Source of the DNA: Octopus sinensis
Lineage: Eukaryota
Assembly: GCF_006345805.1 (NCBI RefSeq)
Contig: NC_043001.1
Span: 16,058,001 to 16,122,000 of the forward strand
DNA: 64,000 nt
Reading direction: 5' to 3'
Positions 1 to 11,675 of this stretch are shown piece by piece. Within the stretch, counting starts at the first letter, position 1; every line of letters starts with the position of its first letter. The notes beneath the pieces were generated by a model, which did not search any database, was not told the DNA's origin, and saw only the letters and a list, made by a program, of their open reading frames with translations. The translations under genes were made by a program, and so were the position numbers.

Positions 1-523
1 TCTTGTCCGACTTAAGGCCAGATAAACCTGGCCGTGACTAAATAAGGGAGCTGGCAAGTAAATACCAAATGCACAGAGTTGAAACGCTGTTTGATTTTTC
101 TTTTCAGTGTTGACTGTTCAGCATCCCACTTCCATTGAGCACACACACACACGCACACACACACACAAACACACATTCACATACCCACCTTTTACATACA
201 CTCGCATATTCACACAGAGTTGAAATGCTGTTTGATTTATTTTTTCAGCCTACAAATTTCATCATCCCACTACCTAGTATGAAATTAACCCTTCCTTCCT
301 TATTCATCTATCACTCCTTCCTTTATCATTCATAAACACAAGAGTATTATTATAGTAGATTATCACGGTAACCATGAGATCTATGAAAAAATACAAAGCC
401 AGGGTTGCCACCGGATCATTCTGCACACCTGTGTAATTTTTAGCTCAATTCCACCCAGCCGATTGACCGTGAATCCCAAGACAAGAAAATATACAAGAAA
501 GAATCACTCACGTCAAATTTATA

Positions 524-578
<55 letters not shown>

Positions 579-1004
579 TGAGAGAAAATAGTAAAAAGTG
601 AAAAAACTACAGAAGGCATGTTTTAAAAGGTTAAAAATATATATTTGAGTCAATATGTATGAAGAATATTATAAATTTTTTTCTTACAATGACATAGTTT
701 AGAAGAAAGACCGGAAAAGGAAAAAAATTTTAAGCGATTATCTCCCTTACACCGGAAGAAATCACTCATTACCTCCCCTTATCTAGAACTCTTTGTCGGT
801 CTGTTTATTAATCCTGTTTCATGCTTTTAACGATAACGTAGGAAACCTTCATAAAACATAAGCAGCATCCTGAAATTTGTGGAGAATCAGAGCTTCGAAC
901 GAACGAACGAACGAATACACAGTGGACGTGCAGAGTAGACAAACGACGGAGACAGACATTAAGGGTCGTTAGGCCAACACGAATTGCAATGAGCAACGCT
1001 TGAG

Positions 1005-1785
1005 ATATATATGTGTGTATGTGTGTGTGTTTGCGCCTGTGTGTGTATGTGTGTGTGTGTGTGTGTGTATGTTATATATGTACATATCTATATAAAGAGA
1101 TAAGTATGAGTGTGTGTGTGCGTGTGTATGTGTGTGTATGCGCCTGTGTCTGTGTGTGAGTGTGTGTGTGTGTGCGCGCTTGTGTGCTTGCGTATGTATG
1201 TTATATATGTACATATCTATATAAAGAGATAAGTATGAGTGTGTGCGTGTGTGTATGTGTGTGTGTGCGCCTGTCAGTGTGTGTGTGTGTGTGTGTGTGT
1301 GTGCGCACTTGTGTGCTTGTGTGTGTATGTTATGTATGTACATATCTATATAAAGAGATAAGTATGAGTGTGTGTGTGTGTATGTGTGTGTGTGCGCCTG
1401 TGTCTGTGTTGGTGTGTGTGTGTGTGTGTGCGCGCGCGCGCTTGTGTGTGTATGTTATATATGTACATATCTATATAAAGAGATAAGTATGAGTGTGTGT
1501 GTGTGTATGTGTGTGTGTGCGCCTGTGTGTGTGTGTATGTGTGTGTGTGAGTGTGTGTGTGTGTGTGCGCGCTGTGTGCTTGTGTGTGTATATGTTATAT
1601 ATGTACATATCTATATAAAGAGATAAGTATGAGTGTGTGTGTGTGTATGTGTGTGTGTGCGCCTGTATGTGTGTGTGTGTGTGTGCACCTGTGTGTGTGT
1701 CTGTGCTTGTGTGCATGTGTGTGTATGTTATATATGTACATATCTATATAAAGAGATAAGTATGAGTGTGTGTGTGTGTGTGTGT
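1005..1785. repeat. Minisatellite of six ~130-bp units: conserved ~45-bp core plus variable (GT)n
   Basis: Core GTATGTTATATATGTACATATCTATATAAAGAGATAAGTATGAGT recurs near 1066, 1196, 1325, 1450, 1590 and 1723. Confidence 0.9.
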
Positions 1786-2286
1786 TCAGTTTCGTTATAT
1801 GACTGGACAAAAACCTAGAAATGATTTTATATCGTTTTCTCAGAAAATATTTGTGTTATTTCTTTCTTGGAAATTGCATAGAAAACTTCCTTGTCATCTC
1901 TCATTGGTTCATACGTAACCATGATTATTGAAGCATAACATATAACACAGATAATATCATATATATAGCATAGAAAATAAATAAGACGCAGAAGTTGTCT
2001 TGCGTTGAGTGACTATTGTAGAATCACGCCCATCGTCAGTGAAATTGACGCTCAGCGGACTGTCTTTTTATTATCAAGTTCTATGTGGACATTTGCTTAA
2101 TTATCAACTGATCTCAGCATTTAAATATTGATTAAACCCAGGAGTACGTTCATCAAACTACATCTTTTATCCTACAAATTCTTATCTTATATTAATTAAT
2201 ACTTTTTTGAATAATCGCATGTGTTATCCGCACCATCAGGATCAATTTAACGGCTATTTCTGAGCTGAACAAAGGGAAAAACCGAG

Positions 2287-2374
2287 GTAATATATCGTTA
2301 TTTTCCGTTCCTCAAATTTTGCAACAATATTTCACGGCTTAAAGTTGTACTGCTACATTTCGGCTGCTTTATAG
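2287..2374 (+). other. Candidate 88-nt 5'UTR intron of the caspase gene
   Basis: GAG|GTAATA donor at 2287 and CTGCTTTATAG acceptor ending at 2374, 15 nt before the ATG. Motif evidence only. Confidence 0.35.
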
Positions 2375-2389
2375 ATATTCCGCTCAACC

Positions 2390-3250
2390 ATGGACTACGT
2401 AGATGCACAACATGTTGAAGGCATATTTTTTAAAGAGAAAGATCCCGATTCACAACCTGAAGATGTTGAAATGGTGTCTCATGAAGAAAATAGCGAATCT
2501 ATAAATGCCAGATATGACATGGATCGTAACAAAGAGAACCTGGCTTTAATAATAAATAATGTGCATTTTGACAAATTGTCTTACCGACAAGGATCCGATG
2601 AAGACGCATCAGAAATTAAAAAATCTTTGAAGTCATTGCATTTTGAGGTGATCGACCACAATAATTTATCAGTGAAAGAGATGACGCATATCTTTACGGA
2701 TATATCCACGAAGGACCATACGAAGTATAACTGCTTCGTTTGTGTTATATTGACTCACGGTGAAGACGATAACCAGATTTATGGCACTGATGACAAAGTA
2801 AAGCTGGATACTTTAGTAGAGATGTTGCTTCCTGAGAGATGTCCGAGCTTAATAGGTAAGCCAAAACTATTCTTCATACAAGCTTGTCGGGGACAAAATT
2901 TGACAGCGGTGTAGATGTGCTCGGTGGAGCTAGCGTCGATGCTAGAGACATATATAAAAAAGTCACACCTCACAAAGTACCAGTTGGGGCCGACTTTCTT
3001 CTGGCTTATTCCACTGTCCCTGGATTTTACTCCTGGAAAATTCCACTATTGGATCGTGGTTTATTCAGTCGTTAGCCCACATTTTGGAAAGACACGGAGA
3101 CCACTTGAACTGCAGCACTTAATGCTTTCGGTAAATCGTAAGGTTGCCTATGAATATGAGTCTGACACTAGGGAACCAGAGACGAATGGAATGAAACAAG
3201 TTCCTTCCATAGTGAGCATGTTAACAAAACAATTATACTTTTACAAGTAA
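2390..3250 (+). CDS. Effector caspase (caspase-3/7-like), single coding exon, three apparent 1-nt frameshifts (sequence error or recent pseudogenisation)
   Basis: p20 motifs LALIINN, R-GS--DA, CVILTHGE, KPKLFFIQACRG. p10 motifs PVGADFLLAYSTVPGFYSW, GSWFIQSL, MKQVPSIVSMLTKQLYF are recovered after adding one base near 2889-2892, 3037-3040 and about 3103. Strong start context caaccATGg; AATAAA at 3407-3412. Confidence 0.9.
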
Positions 3251-3414
3251 AATCTTCGGTTAACATACGTTCTCCCAATCTCCCCTCAATTCATGTATTT
3301 ATATATGTATATATAAAACAACTTATAAGCAAGGGCAAAAGAAAAAAATTCTAATGTCAAATATTCCGAAAATAGACAAAATATCAATAACCATATAATT
3401 TATCACAATAAATG

Positions 3415-3622
3415 TATGTATACATCTATTCATGCATACCTACATACATACATACATACATACATACATACATACATACATACATACATACATACATAAT
3501 ACATACATACATACATAATACATACATACATACATACATACATACATACATACATACATAATACATACATACATACATACATACATACATACATACATAC
3601 GTACATACATACATACATACAT
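3415..3622. repeat. (TACA)n microsatellite
   Basis: Directly visible. Representative of dozens of (TA)n, (CA)n, (TACA)n, (TAA)n, (GA)n and (TCTA)n tracts in the window. Confidence 0.95.
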
Positions 3623-4829
3623 AAGCTTTTTTCCCGTTTTCTGTTCTGTTGTCAGAACTTGGTATTTCGTTTAATAGTAATATTTTTTGCGTACATCAAA
3701 ATTTATTTCCTGTAATATTTGAGAGTGAGCCTTGCAGCCGGTCCTTTGTAAACTTATCATTCTACTGTTGAGGATTATAACACGGCTTTGCAAAGTTTCC
3801 ATTATAACACTGATAAAACATGAAATTTACTAAACTCTACTACTTTACTAAATCTTTGACTTTACGAACATTTTCGCTGAAATAATTAGAATGCTGTAAA
3901 AGTATAACATTCATAATTCGGTTTATTCTTAATACTAATCACACACACACACACACACCACACACACACATATATATAACCTTGATATTTCTACTTCTCC
4001 GTTTTCAGTTCTTTTCTGAGAACTTATTTTGTTTGATTGTAATATTGTTTTTATGTTCATCAAAATTTATTCAGTAACATATGACAGAGAACTGATAACA
4101 TTGGTAATTTGATTTTAATTCTCAATATAAATGGCAGAAACTATTATTTCCTTGTTCAATTGTTGTCCAGTGGACTTATAATAAAATTACATTGTAACCA
4201 TGAACATCCTTTTTCGTTATTTTTATTAAGACTTCATCGCTTTATACGGTATTTGAATTCTTAACACTGTTGGCTGTTATTTCAGAGTTGTTTGATTGCT
4301 ACATCGACATTTCTTCAGTTTCTCACCAGTCACCACTACTGCACTTACGTTTATAACCTGTTAGCAATTTCACTTTTTTTTCTGATCGATTTACCTAATT
4401 AACAACACCTTACGCCGGCTGCAAGGTAAAGAATTTTTCAACCAAATGTCGCTACGATTCAAGAGTCAAAGATAGCCAATAATACGATGACTAAGACTTT
4501 GTTAAAATTGCAAAGCTGAAGAACCATGCTCAAGAACTAGCGATAAATTTAAGAACAGCTGCGCAACATATCATTGCTGACTAATACAAGATTGGAAATA
4601 GTGTTTCTATTTACACTGCTTAGATAATGTGTCAGGATAAATTCATGCAGGGCTTGGAAATTAAGAGCCATTCCTCAGTTTTTGACTGGAATCTCTTCGA
4701 CCAAATTGTAACCGTGGAATGTTTCCTCTGAAATCTTGATCGATTCAAAAGTAAAAACAGAGAATACATAGTATATACGATCTTAAGAAAAACTCGAGAT
4801 AAAAGAGAATCTTTGATAGATATAAAGAC

Positions 4830-5085
4830 TGGAGCGGGAGTGCGTGGCCAAGCGGTTAGTTAGTTGTACCCACGAGTTCAAAATCATGGTTTCGATTCTA
4901 GGACCGGGCAGTGTGTGGTGTTATTGAGAAAAACACTTCATTTCTTACTGTGTCAGTCCACTCGGTCGTAAATGAGTAACCCTGTGACGGACTTGAATCC
5001 TGTTGAGGAAGAATGTTGCGATTTCGGTTACAGAAACGCTGTGGAATCGGCTAACCCGACACGTGAATCCGAAGATCTCGAGACA
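4830..5085 (+). mobile_element. Old tRNA-headed SINE (family D, possibly MetaSINE-like)
   Basis: tRNA-like head (gcgtggccaagcggttag...ggtttcgattc) and central GTAACCCTGTGACGGACT block. Diverged relatives at 22470-22715 and 52987-53250. Confidence 0.6.
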
Positions 5086-5242
5086 GTAATTATTTGCACC
5101 TGCAAAAGGAAAAAGAGAAAACATTCAAAGAAAACACTCCAGTGCAGCGAGGTGGCCACCGACTACCCGTCAAAACAAGCCAACAAAACGACTGCATTCA
5201 CATACTTTTATCTGGCAACGCTCACTGTATTTATGTATTATA

Positions 5243-5310
<68 letters not shown>

Positions 5311-6296
5311 CTCTCACTCACTCTCTTCCTTCCTCGCTCTCTCCGATGAAGCTATAAGGTGTTATTCCGGTACTCAACTATGACTCCATTGCATCCGATA
5401 GCAGAAACGACTGTAAGTTTCTGCAGTTCATAAGATAATTCTTTATTCTTTTGTCATCTCATTTTCTTCTTGCAATTCTGTACTCGACGAACTCTTCGTC
5501 ATGATGCAGATGTATATTGAGCTCTGCACCCGGTTATCCAAGAAATGAAAGAAGGTAAATCCACATCGGGTAACACCAAACCAAATTTCAGCTTTCCCCT
5601 TCTACCAGTGCAAAGATACAATTTCTATACAAGGACGTTTAAATAAAGAAAATTCAATCATCGAAAAATACAGAACACGTCTAAATATGAAAGCATAACA
5701 AACTTTAATCTCTATACATATTTCAATTCACGGTCACATACACATCACTGTACATTTTTCTTCCCACTACTCTAGTTTTTGAAATTTTGTGCATATATAT
5801 ATTTCCCCATCACCACCGAAAGATGAACAAATATCTCCCCTGTCCACAATATTAATAATTACCTCCCCGTAGATTTTTCTACTTCTTGAATCATTCATAA
5901 ATTCCACACACATGGACAAAAAAAATTGTGTGAAGAAAATAAGTACCTAAATAAGATTTAATGTCATGATTAGCGAAAGCGAAACCGGTTGACAAACACA
6001 ATATAAGATATATTAAAAATTATATGAAACCTATGTGAAGTGTGGGGATTTTCTTTCTTTAAATTCTTGTTTATATTACAACTCACCACGTAGGGATAAT
6101 CGAAACTCTTCCCTTTCTTTTTCTTATCCATGTATATGTATGTACTGTATACATATATATATGTATGAGCAACTATCTCGCCTGTCCACAGGGGATATAC
6201 GCACACTAACTCACGCATATATACCTATAAATACATATATACAGACATACATATAGATATTAAATAAGCTGCTTACCACACAGCCAATACATATAT

Positions 6297-6332
<36 letters not shown>

Positions 6333-6399
6333 AAGCTTGCCCTATTTTAGGGTTTGATTGGCAAAGGATAGTCACATGATTGGTCTTGGAAATGTTTGT

Positions 6400-6860
6400 A
6401 GGTTCCCTGCTTCATACGTGAGTTAGCATATTTACTGACCATATATCGGGGGGATCCCAAGTGGCCTCCTGTATGGGGAAGCGGCCACCAACACATGAAC
6501 ACGAGGACGACTTCATGTTCGTTTGAAGGACGTCAGCTGGAAATATATGAAGTCGCTTGATCAGGACGTCCTGAGATGGGAGAAGATCGCAAATGATCAC
6601 CCACACTGGAAAAAAATGCTGCAAAAAGGTATAAAGCGAGGGGAAAAAACTGGAATTTGTCACCAAGGAAAAGCGCACTTCACGGATGGGAAAACCAGTA
6701 GCGCTGGTAGAGAGCTTCTTCAAATACAGTCGCTGTATGTGTGACTGCCGTTCCCGTGTGGTCCTCAATAACCACAGCAGAAGCTGCACCATCTTCGCCA
6801 GCTGACACGAATTCTTCTGGCGCAGATCCACGGCCTCTCGAGATCGACGGTTGCCTACTA
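6400..6860 (+). mobile_element. Degenerate RTE-clade LINE 3' fragment
   Basis: Translates to LLYGE...RGR...RLKDV...WEKIANDHPHW and a C-terminal C-x-CRSR..L..H..SC knuckle, homologous to the RTE at 8597-10240; similar 3' UTR. Confidence 0.75.
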
Positions 6861-6864
6861 TATA

Positions 6865-7073
6865 CAGGGTGGTACGGGCAAATTGTCGCCATTTATATAT
6901 ACTTTTAATTTGGTGCATGTGCATTGCTTGTTTTGGAGTTTGTCGACTGCACACCATAGTATGCTCAGCTGGGTAACTTCTGTGAGAAAAACAGCAACAT
7001 GATGCAATTCACTCTGCCAGTAATTTGGAAACAAAATGCTTTACTGCTTGGCATTCATGCCGGAAGTACCCTG
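6865..7073. mobile_element. Tc1/mariner-type MITE
   Basis: Imperfect terminal inverted repeats (TIRs) CAGGGTGGTACGGGCA and TGCCGGAAGTACCCTG, each flanked by TA. Confidence 0.6.
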
Positions 7074-7119
7074 TATATATATATATATATATATAATATA
7101 TATAATATATATAATATAT

Positions 7120-8562
7120 ATACCTCGCTAAGATAAGTATCTATTTATATTTAACATCTTTAAATTGTAAATTAATATTTATAAGTCTTTGGTGTAATAA
7201 TATTTTTCTTATGTAAATATTGTTGTTTATGTAATGATCTAATTATTGTAATTTTCTATATAATTATTAGATATTAAATTTAAGTCTATTCGTAAGATAT
7301 TACTTAGCGATAGATATGTTGTTTGATAGAAGATTACAAGTTGTCTAAGTTAGATTTATGTATATACATGTATAATAGTATTAATTGTACTTTTAAATTT
7401 CTTATATTAAAATTAGATAAACTTAGATATGTTTCGACCAAAGATTGGTCCAGGCCATGTCTAACTTAATAGCATAACTTAGTTATTGTCTTTTTAAATT
7501 GATATTTGCCATTGATAAATATATTTATAGTATTTATAGTATTTATTCGATACTATATAACTACGAATGATTATTTCTATAAGTATTTTAAATAAGATTC
7601 CGAAAGTTCGTTTAAGTTTGTTTGTTTGTATTTTTGAATTTAGATATTTCAGCTTTAAATATGAAATATTAATTTAATCGGTCTTTATTATATGAGCATA
7701 TATATTTATTTATAGAGATTATTTTAGATCTTAATTATAATATATACATTAATTATAATATATACATTTATATATATCCATTGATAATTTTTTATATATA
7801 ATAGTCATTTTTTTTTATATTTATGTAATTAGATATAGACTATTACTGACATTAGATTATCGGTGGGTTTCTTACCTTAAAAATTAAAATTAATATTTAA
7901 CATTATAATCGATTTTGATATAATCATAATTATTAAATTTTAAGTTTCTAGTTTGATAATAGAGTTTATTATAAGTAAAATTATTATATTATTTATATCT
8001 TTAAAATATTGTTTAAATATTTCTGATTATTTTAAAAATATTTCAATTAACCTGAAGATTGACTGTAACCATAACTCGAATTATTAACTGAATTTAAATT
8101 ATTGTTATTCGAATTGGTACAGCCATGAAACGATCGTAGTGTTTTACTCTTTATCTTTTATTAAACTTTTAATACTTTTGATATTTATATAAAAAAATAA
8201 AAAAATAAAAAAATAGATAAATAAAAAAATAAAACAATAAAAAATAAAACAATAAAAAAAAAAAAATTAATTATTAAACAAAATAATATATAAATATAAA
8301 AATATACATACTTATATATATATATTTGTGTATATATATATATATATAAAATTTATAAGTTTAAATTATTTTAATAATCTTTTAATTTTTAACTTTTATA
8401 TTTTTAAATTAATTTTATATATTGGCTTATGTTTTTCACTGTTTGATTTGCCTAATAGTGGTTTTATCTCTAATTTAAAATAATATAATATAATATATTT
8501 ATACTATAAAATTGGATTTAATCCTAAATCTAATTTTTCCCTGTAAGTTTGAATTTATTCCC

Positions 8563-8570
<8 letters not shown>
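7120..8570 (+). mobile_element. Highly AT-drifted Penelope-like remnant with a degenerate hammerhead motif and an inserted CR1 tail (7412-7475)
   Basis: CTGAAGA at 8052, long stem II, then GAAA-CGATCG-TA at 8127-8138. The 7412-7475 segment is the reverse complement of the CR1 3' end at 15660-15725. Confidence 0.45.
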
Positions 8571-8595
<25 letters not shown>

Positions 8596-8596
8596 C

Positions 8597-10240
8597 TCCC
8601 TGTCTGTCTTGATAGACAATGGGTTGCGCCAAGGGTGGGGCCTACTTTGATGATGTGCAGCGTCTGCTGTGACTGAACAGTCCAATTCTAGAGTGGCAGT
8701 CCTTGGTACAGTTGCTGCACACGAACATCGATGGGTACGTGTGGGGTGTTGCTGCAGTTGTCCTCCTCCTGTCCCGCCTGTCCAACCACAGCTGTGCTCT
8801 CCTCTCCTCAGCCATGGAAACGCCTTTCCTCACCGTCCGACGCCAGGCAGAGCGGTCAGCAGCTGTTTCCTCCCACGTGTCCACACAGATGTTGGCAGTC
8901 CTCAGGTCGCGCTTGCACACGTCCCTGTATCGTAGCTGTGGACGTCCCTTGGGTCGGGATCCCGTGGTGAGTTCGCTGTACAGGATGTCTTTAGGCATGC
9001 AACCGTCCTGCATGCGGCAGACGTGTCCGAGCCAGCGCAGTCGTCTCCGCACGAGGAGGGCATACATGCTTGGCATATTAGTCTGTTCCAGGATGACTCC
9101 GTTTGGTACTCGGTCCTTCCAGGAGATGCCAAGGATCCGTCGAAGATACCGCATGTGGAAGCCGCTGAGGCGGCATTCCTGCCGGGTGTATGTTGTCCAG
9201 CTCTCGCTGCCGTAGAGTAGGGTGCTCAGCACGCAGGCTCGGTACACTGCGATCTTGGTGGTTATTGTGAGCATGTTGTTTTCCCACACTCTCCTGGAGA
9301 GCTTAGCCATGGCAGCAGCAGCCTTCCCAATCCGTCTGTTCAGCTCCGGCTCGAGGGACAAGCTGCTGGAGACCGTCGATCCCAGGTAAGTGAACTCGTT
9401 CACCACCTGCAAGCTGTGGTCGCCGACACTGATGCTGGGGACCCCTCCGACGTCCTGGCCCATGATCTCTGTCTTTTTCAGGCTGATGGTAAGGCCGAAC
9501 TCTTGGCAGGCATCCGCCAGGGAGCTGACCAGCCTCTGGAGACCCGGTTGGTTGTGTGATGTTAGGGCGGCATCGTCAGCAAAGAGGATCTCTCTGATCA
9601 GCACCTGACGGACTTTGGTCTTAGCTCTGAGGCGCGCAAGATTGAACAATCCACCATCAGCCCTCGTGTGGAGGAACACTCCGTCGTCGGACGTTCTGAA
9701 GGCATAGGACAGGACAAGGGAGAAGAAAATTCCGAAGAGCGTCGGCGCCAGAACGCAACCCTGTTTCACTCCACTCTGGATGGGGAATGACTCCGAGGGC
9801 GATCCGTCAAACTGCACTGTTCCCTGCATACCGTCGTGAAAGGAGGTGATGAGTTTCAGCAGTCTGGGAGGGCAACCTATCCTACCCAGGAGCGCAAACA
9901 GCCTGCTGACTGAGTCGAACGCCTTAGCCAGGTCGATGAAGGCCACGTATAGGGGCTGTCTCTGTTCTCAACTCTTTTCTTGAAGCTGCCTGAGTGAGAA
10001 GATCATGTCAATTGTAGACCTCTCTGCCCTAAAGCCAGACTGAGACTCGGGGTACACACGCTCTGCAAGTATTTGCAACCTCTTCAGGACCACCCTGGCA
10101 AAAGCCTTACCGACAGTGCTGAGCAGTGATATGCCCCTGTAATTATTGCAGTCGCTTCTGTCCCCTTTGTTTTTATACAGTGTGATGATGTTTGCGTCAC
10201 GCATATCCTTAGGGACAGAGCCCTCCTCCCAGCACTGAAC
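8597..10240 (-). mobile_element. RTE-clade LINE, 5'-truncated (RT and C-terminal domain)
   Basis: NYRGISLLS, GFRAERSTIDMIF, AFIDLAKAFDSV, GVKQGCVLAPTLF, LFADDAAL, FTYLGS, RRLRWLGHV, C-x2-C-x3-CHSRIGLFSH. One in-frame stop at 9968-9970. Confidence 0.95.
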
Positions 10241-10374
10241 GTAGTCGATGAGAGGTCTTATTTTAAATAAGGTATCAAAGTCTGGTTCTCCAGGTACTGG
10301 GTACTGCTTGTGTATCGCATATGTAAATACTGGTTCAGTTTCACAAATTGTGCCCCCATATATATATATACATA

Positions 10375-10532
10375 GCCGAAATTGAGAAGATTATCTGATG
10401 CTTGACTGAGGAAAGAAAACTTCGAATGATCCGTCCTTATTTTCTTTGTATCGTCTATTTGGATGTTTTGTTGTCCCTTTTTGTATCACCTAGCTGTCCG
10501 GATGTTTTGCGTTCTTGTCACATTTTGCATTT

Positions 10533-10540
<8 letters not shown>
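10375..10540 (+). mobile_element. Fragment related to the putative Penelope pLTR-type repeat at 35700-36620
   Basis: cttgactgaggaaagaa...gaatgatccgtcc...ctgtccggatgttttgcgtt resembles the reverse complement of 35755-35900. Confidence 0.5.
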
Positions 10541-10601
<61 letters not shown>

Positions 10602-11251
10602 CTAGTTTCAGCTCAGAGCTGCGGCCATTATATATATATAATCGTACACACACGCACGCACACATACACTCACTCACACACACACACCTATGTATATAGG
10701 TGTGTGTATGTATGTTCTGTATGTCAGTGACGAAGAGTGACTAGGAAACTAGGGCATGCAGCTGCCCCTTCCACTGAGGTTGGTGGGGAATTGTCGAGCG
10801 TTCCACCTTCCAGCGATTTCATCCATTTGGGGCTATTCAAGCCATCGACTGTGAGGAAAAAAAGTGGAAATTCTTTTTAAAGTATGGAAGAAAAACTCGA
10901 CATTCACGAACTCTTGAAGCTGACTGAGGCAGTACCAAATAAAGTGAACGTGTATAACAAGGTACAACTTCTGCCAGTGATGCCACTTTACTGGCATCGA
11001 CTGATCCCCTAAAACTTTCTTGAAGCCTTTCTCTTGGCAAAACGTATGACAATTAGGATTTCATTCGAAGGTCTGTAGTCTCACCAGACATAAAATCAAC
11101 AAATGCTGTTTTCTTTCTTTTCCGATCATCGGCTGAATCACACCTTCACTTGTAACAGCTATACGATTAAATGATTTCGTTTTAAATATCACTGGAAAGT
11201 GATATTCATTTTCCATATCATTTCAAAGCTGAGAAAATGTGTTCTTATAAA

Positions 11252-11570
11252 GACTCCGCCGGTTACGACGACGAGGGTCCCAGCTGATACGATCAACGGA
11301 ACAGCTTGCTCGTGAAATTAACGTGCAAATGGCTGAGCATTCCACAGACACGTGTACCCTTAACGTAGTTCTCGGGGATAATCAGCGTGACACAGAGAGT
11401 GACAAGGCTGACCCTTTGAAATACAAGTACAACTCATTTTTGCCAGCTGAGTGGACTAGAGCAACGTGAAATAAAGTGTCTTGCTCAAGGACACAACGCG
11501 TCGCTGGGAATCGAACTCACAACCTTACGATCATGAGCCGAATGCCCTAACCACTCAGCCACGCGCCCTC
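11252..11570 (-). mobile_element. tRNA-headed SINE (family C-related)
   Basis: Minus-strand head gagggcgcgtggctgagtggttagggcattcggctcatgatcgtaaggttgtgagttcgattccc. Body shared with 41937-42190 and 44059-44435. Confidence 0.85.
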
Positions 11571-11675
11571 ACTGTGTTCTTATACTGACAAACTAACAGA
11601 CATGGGAAACAGAAAAAAATTTGTTTAGAATGGGTCATCTCGTTATTTACTCAGACTATTCATAATACTTTCAAT

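Noticed and set aside
1005-1785. CRISPR-like repeat-spacer appearance
   Set aside because: The spacers are related (GT)n tracts rather than unique sequences; the context is eukaryotic with no cas genes.
2455-2480. CTGAAGA...GAAA inside the caspase CDS (also lone CTGAAGA at 4517, 18029, 32822, 33302)
   Set aside because: No stem II/III pairing or no downstream GAAA; chance matches.
10740-11250. Unique-looking stretch that might be an exon
   Set aside because: Only short ORFs with no recognisable motif; a call cannot be supported.
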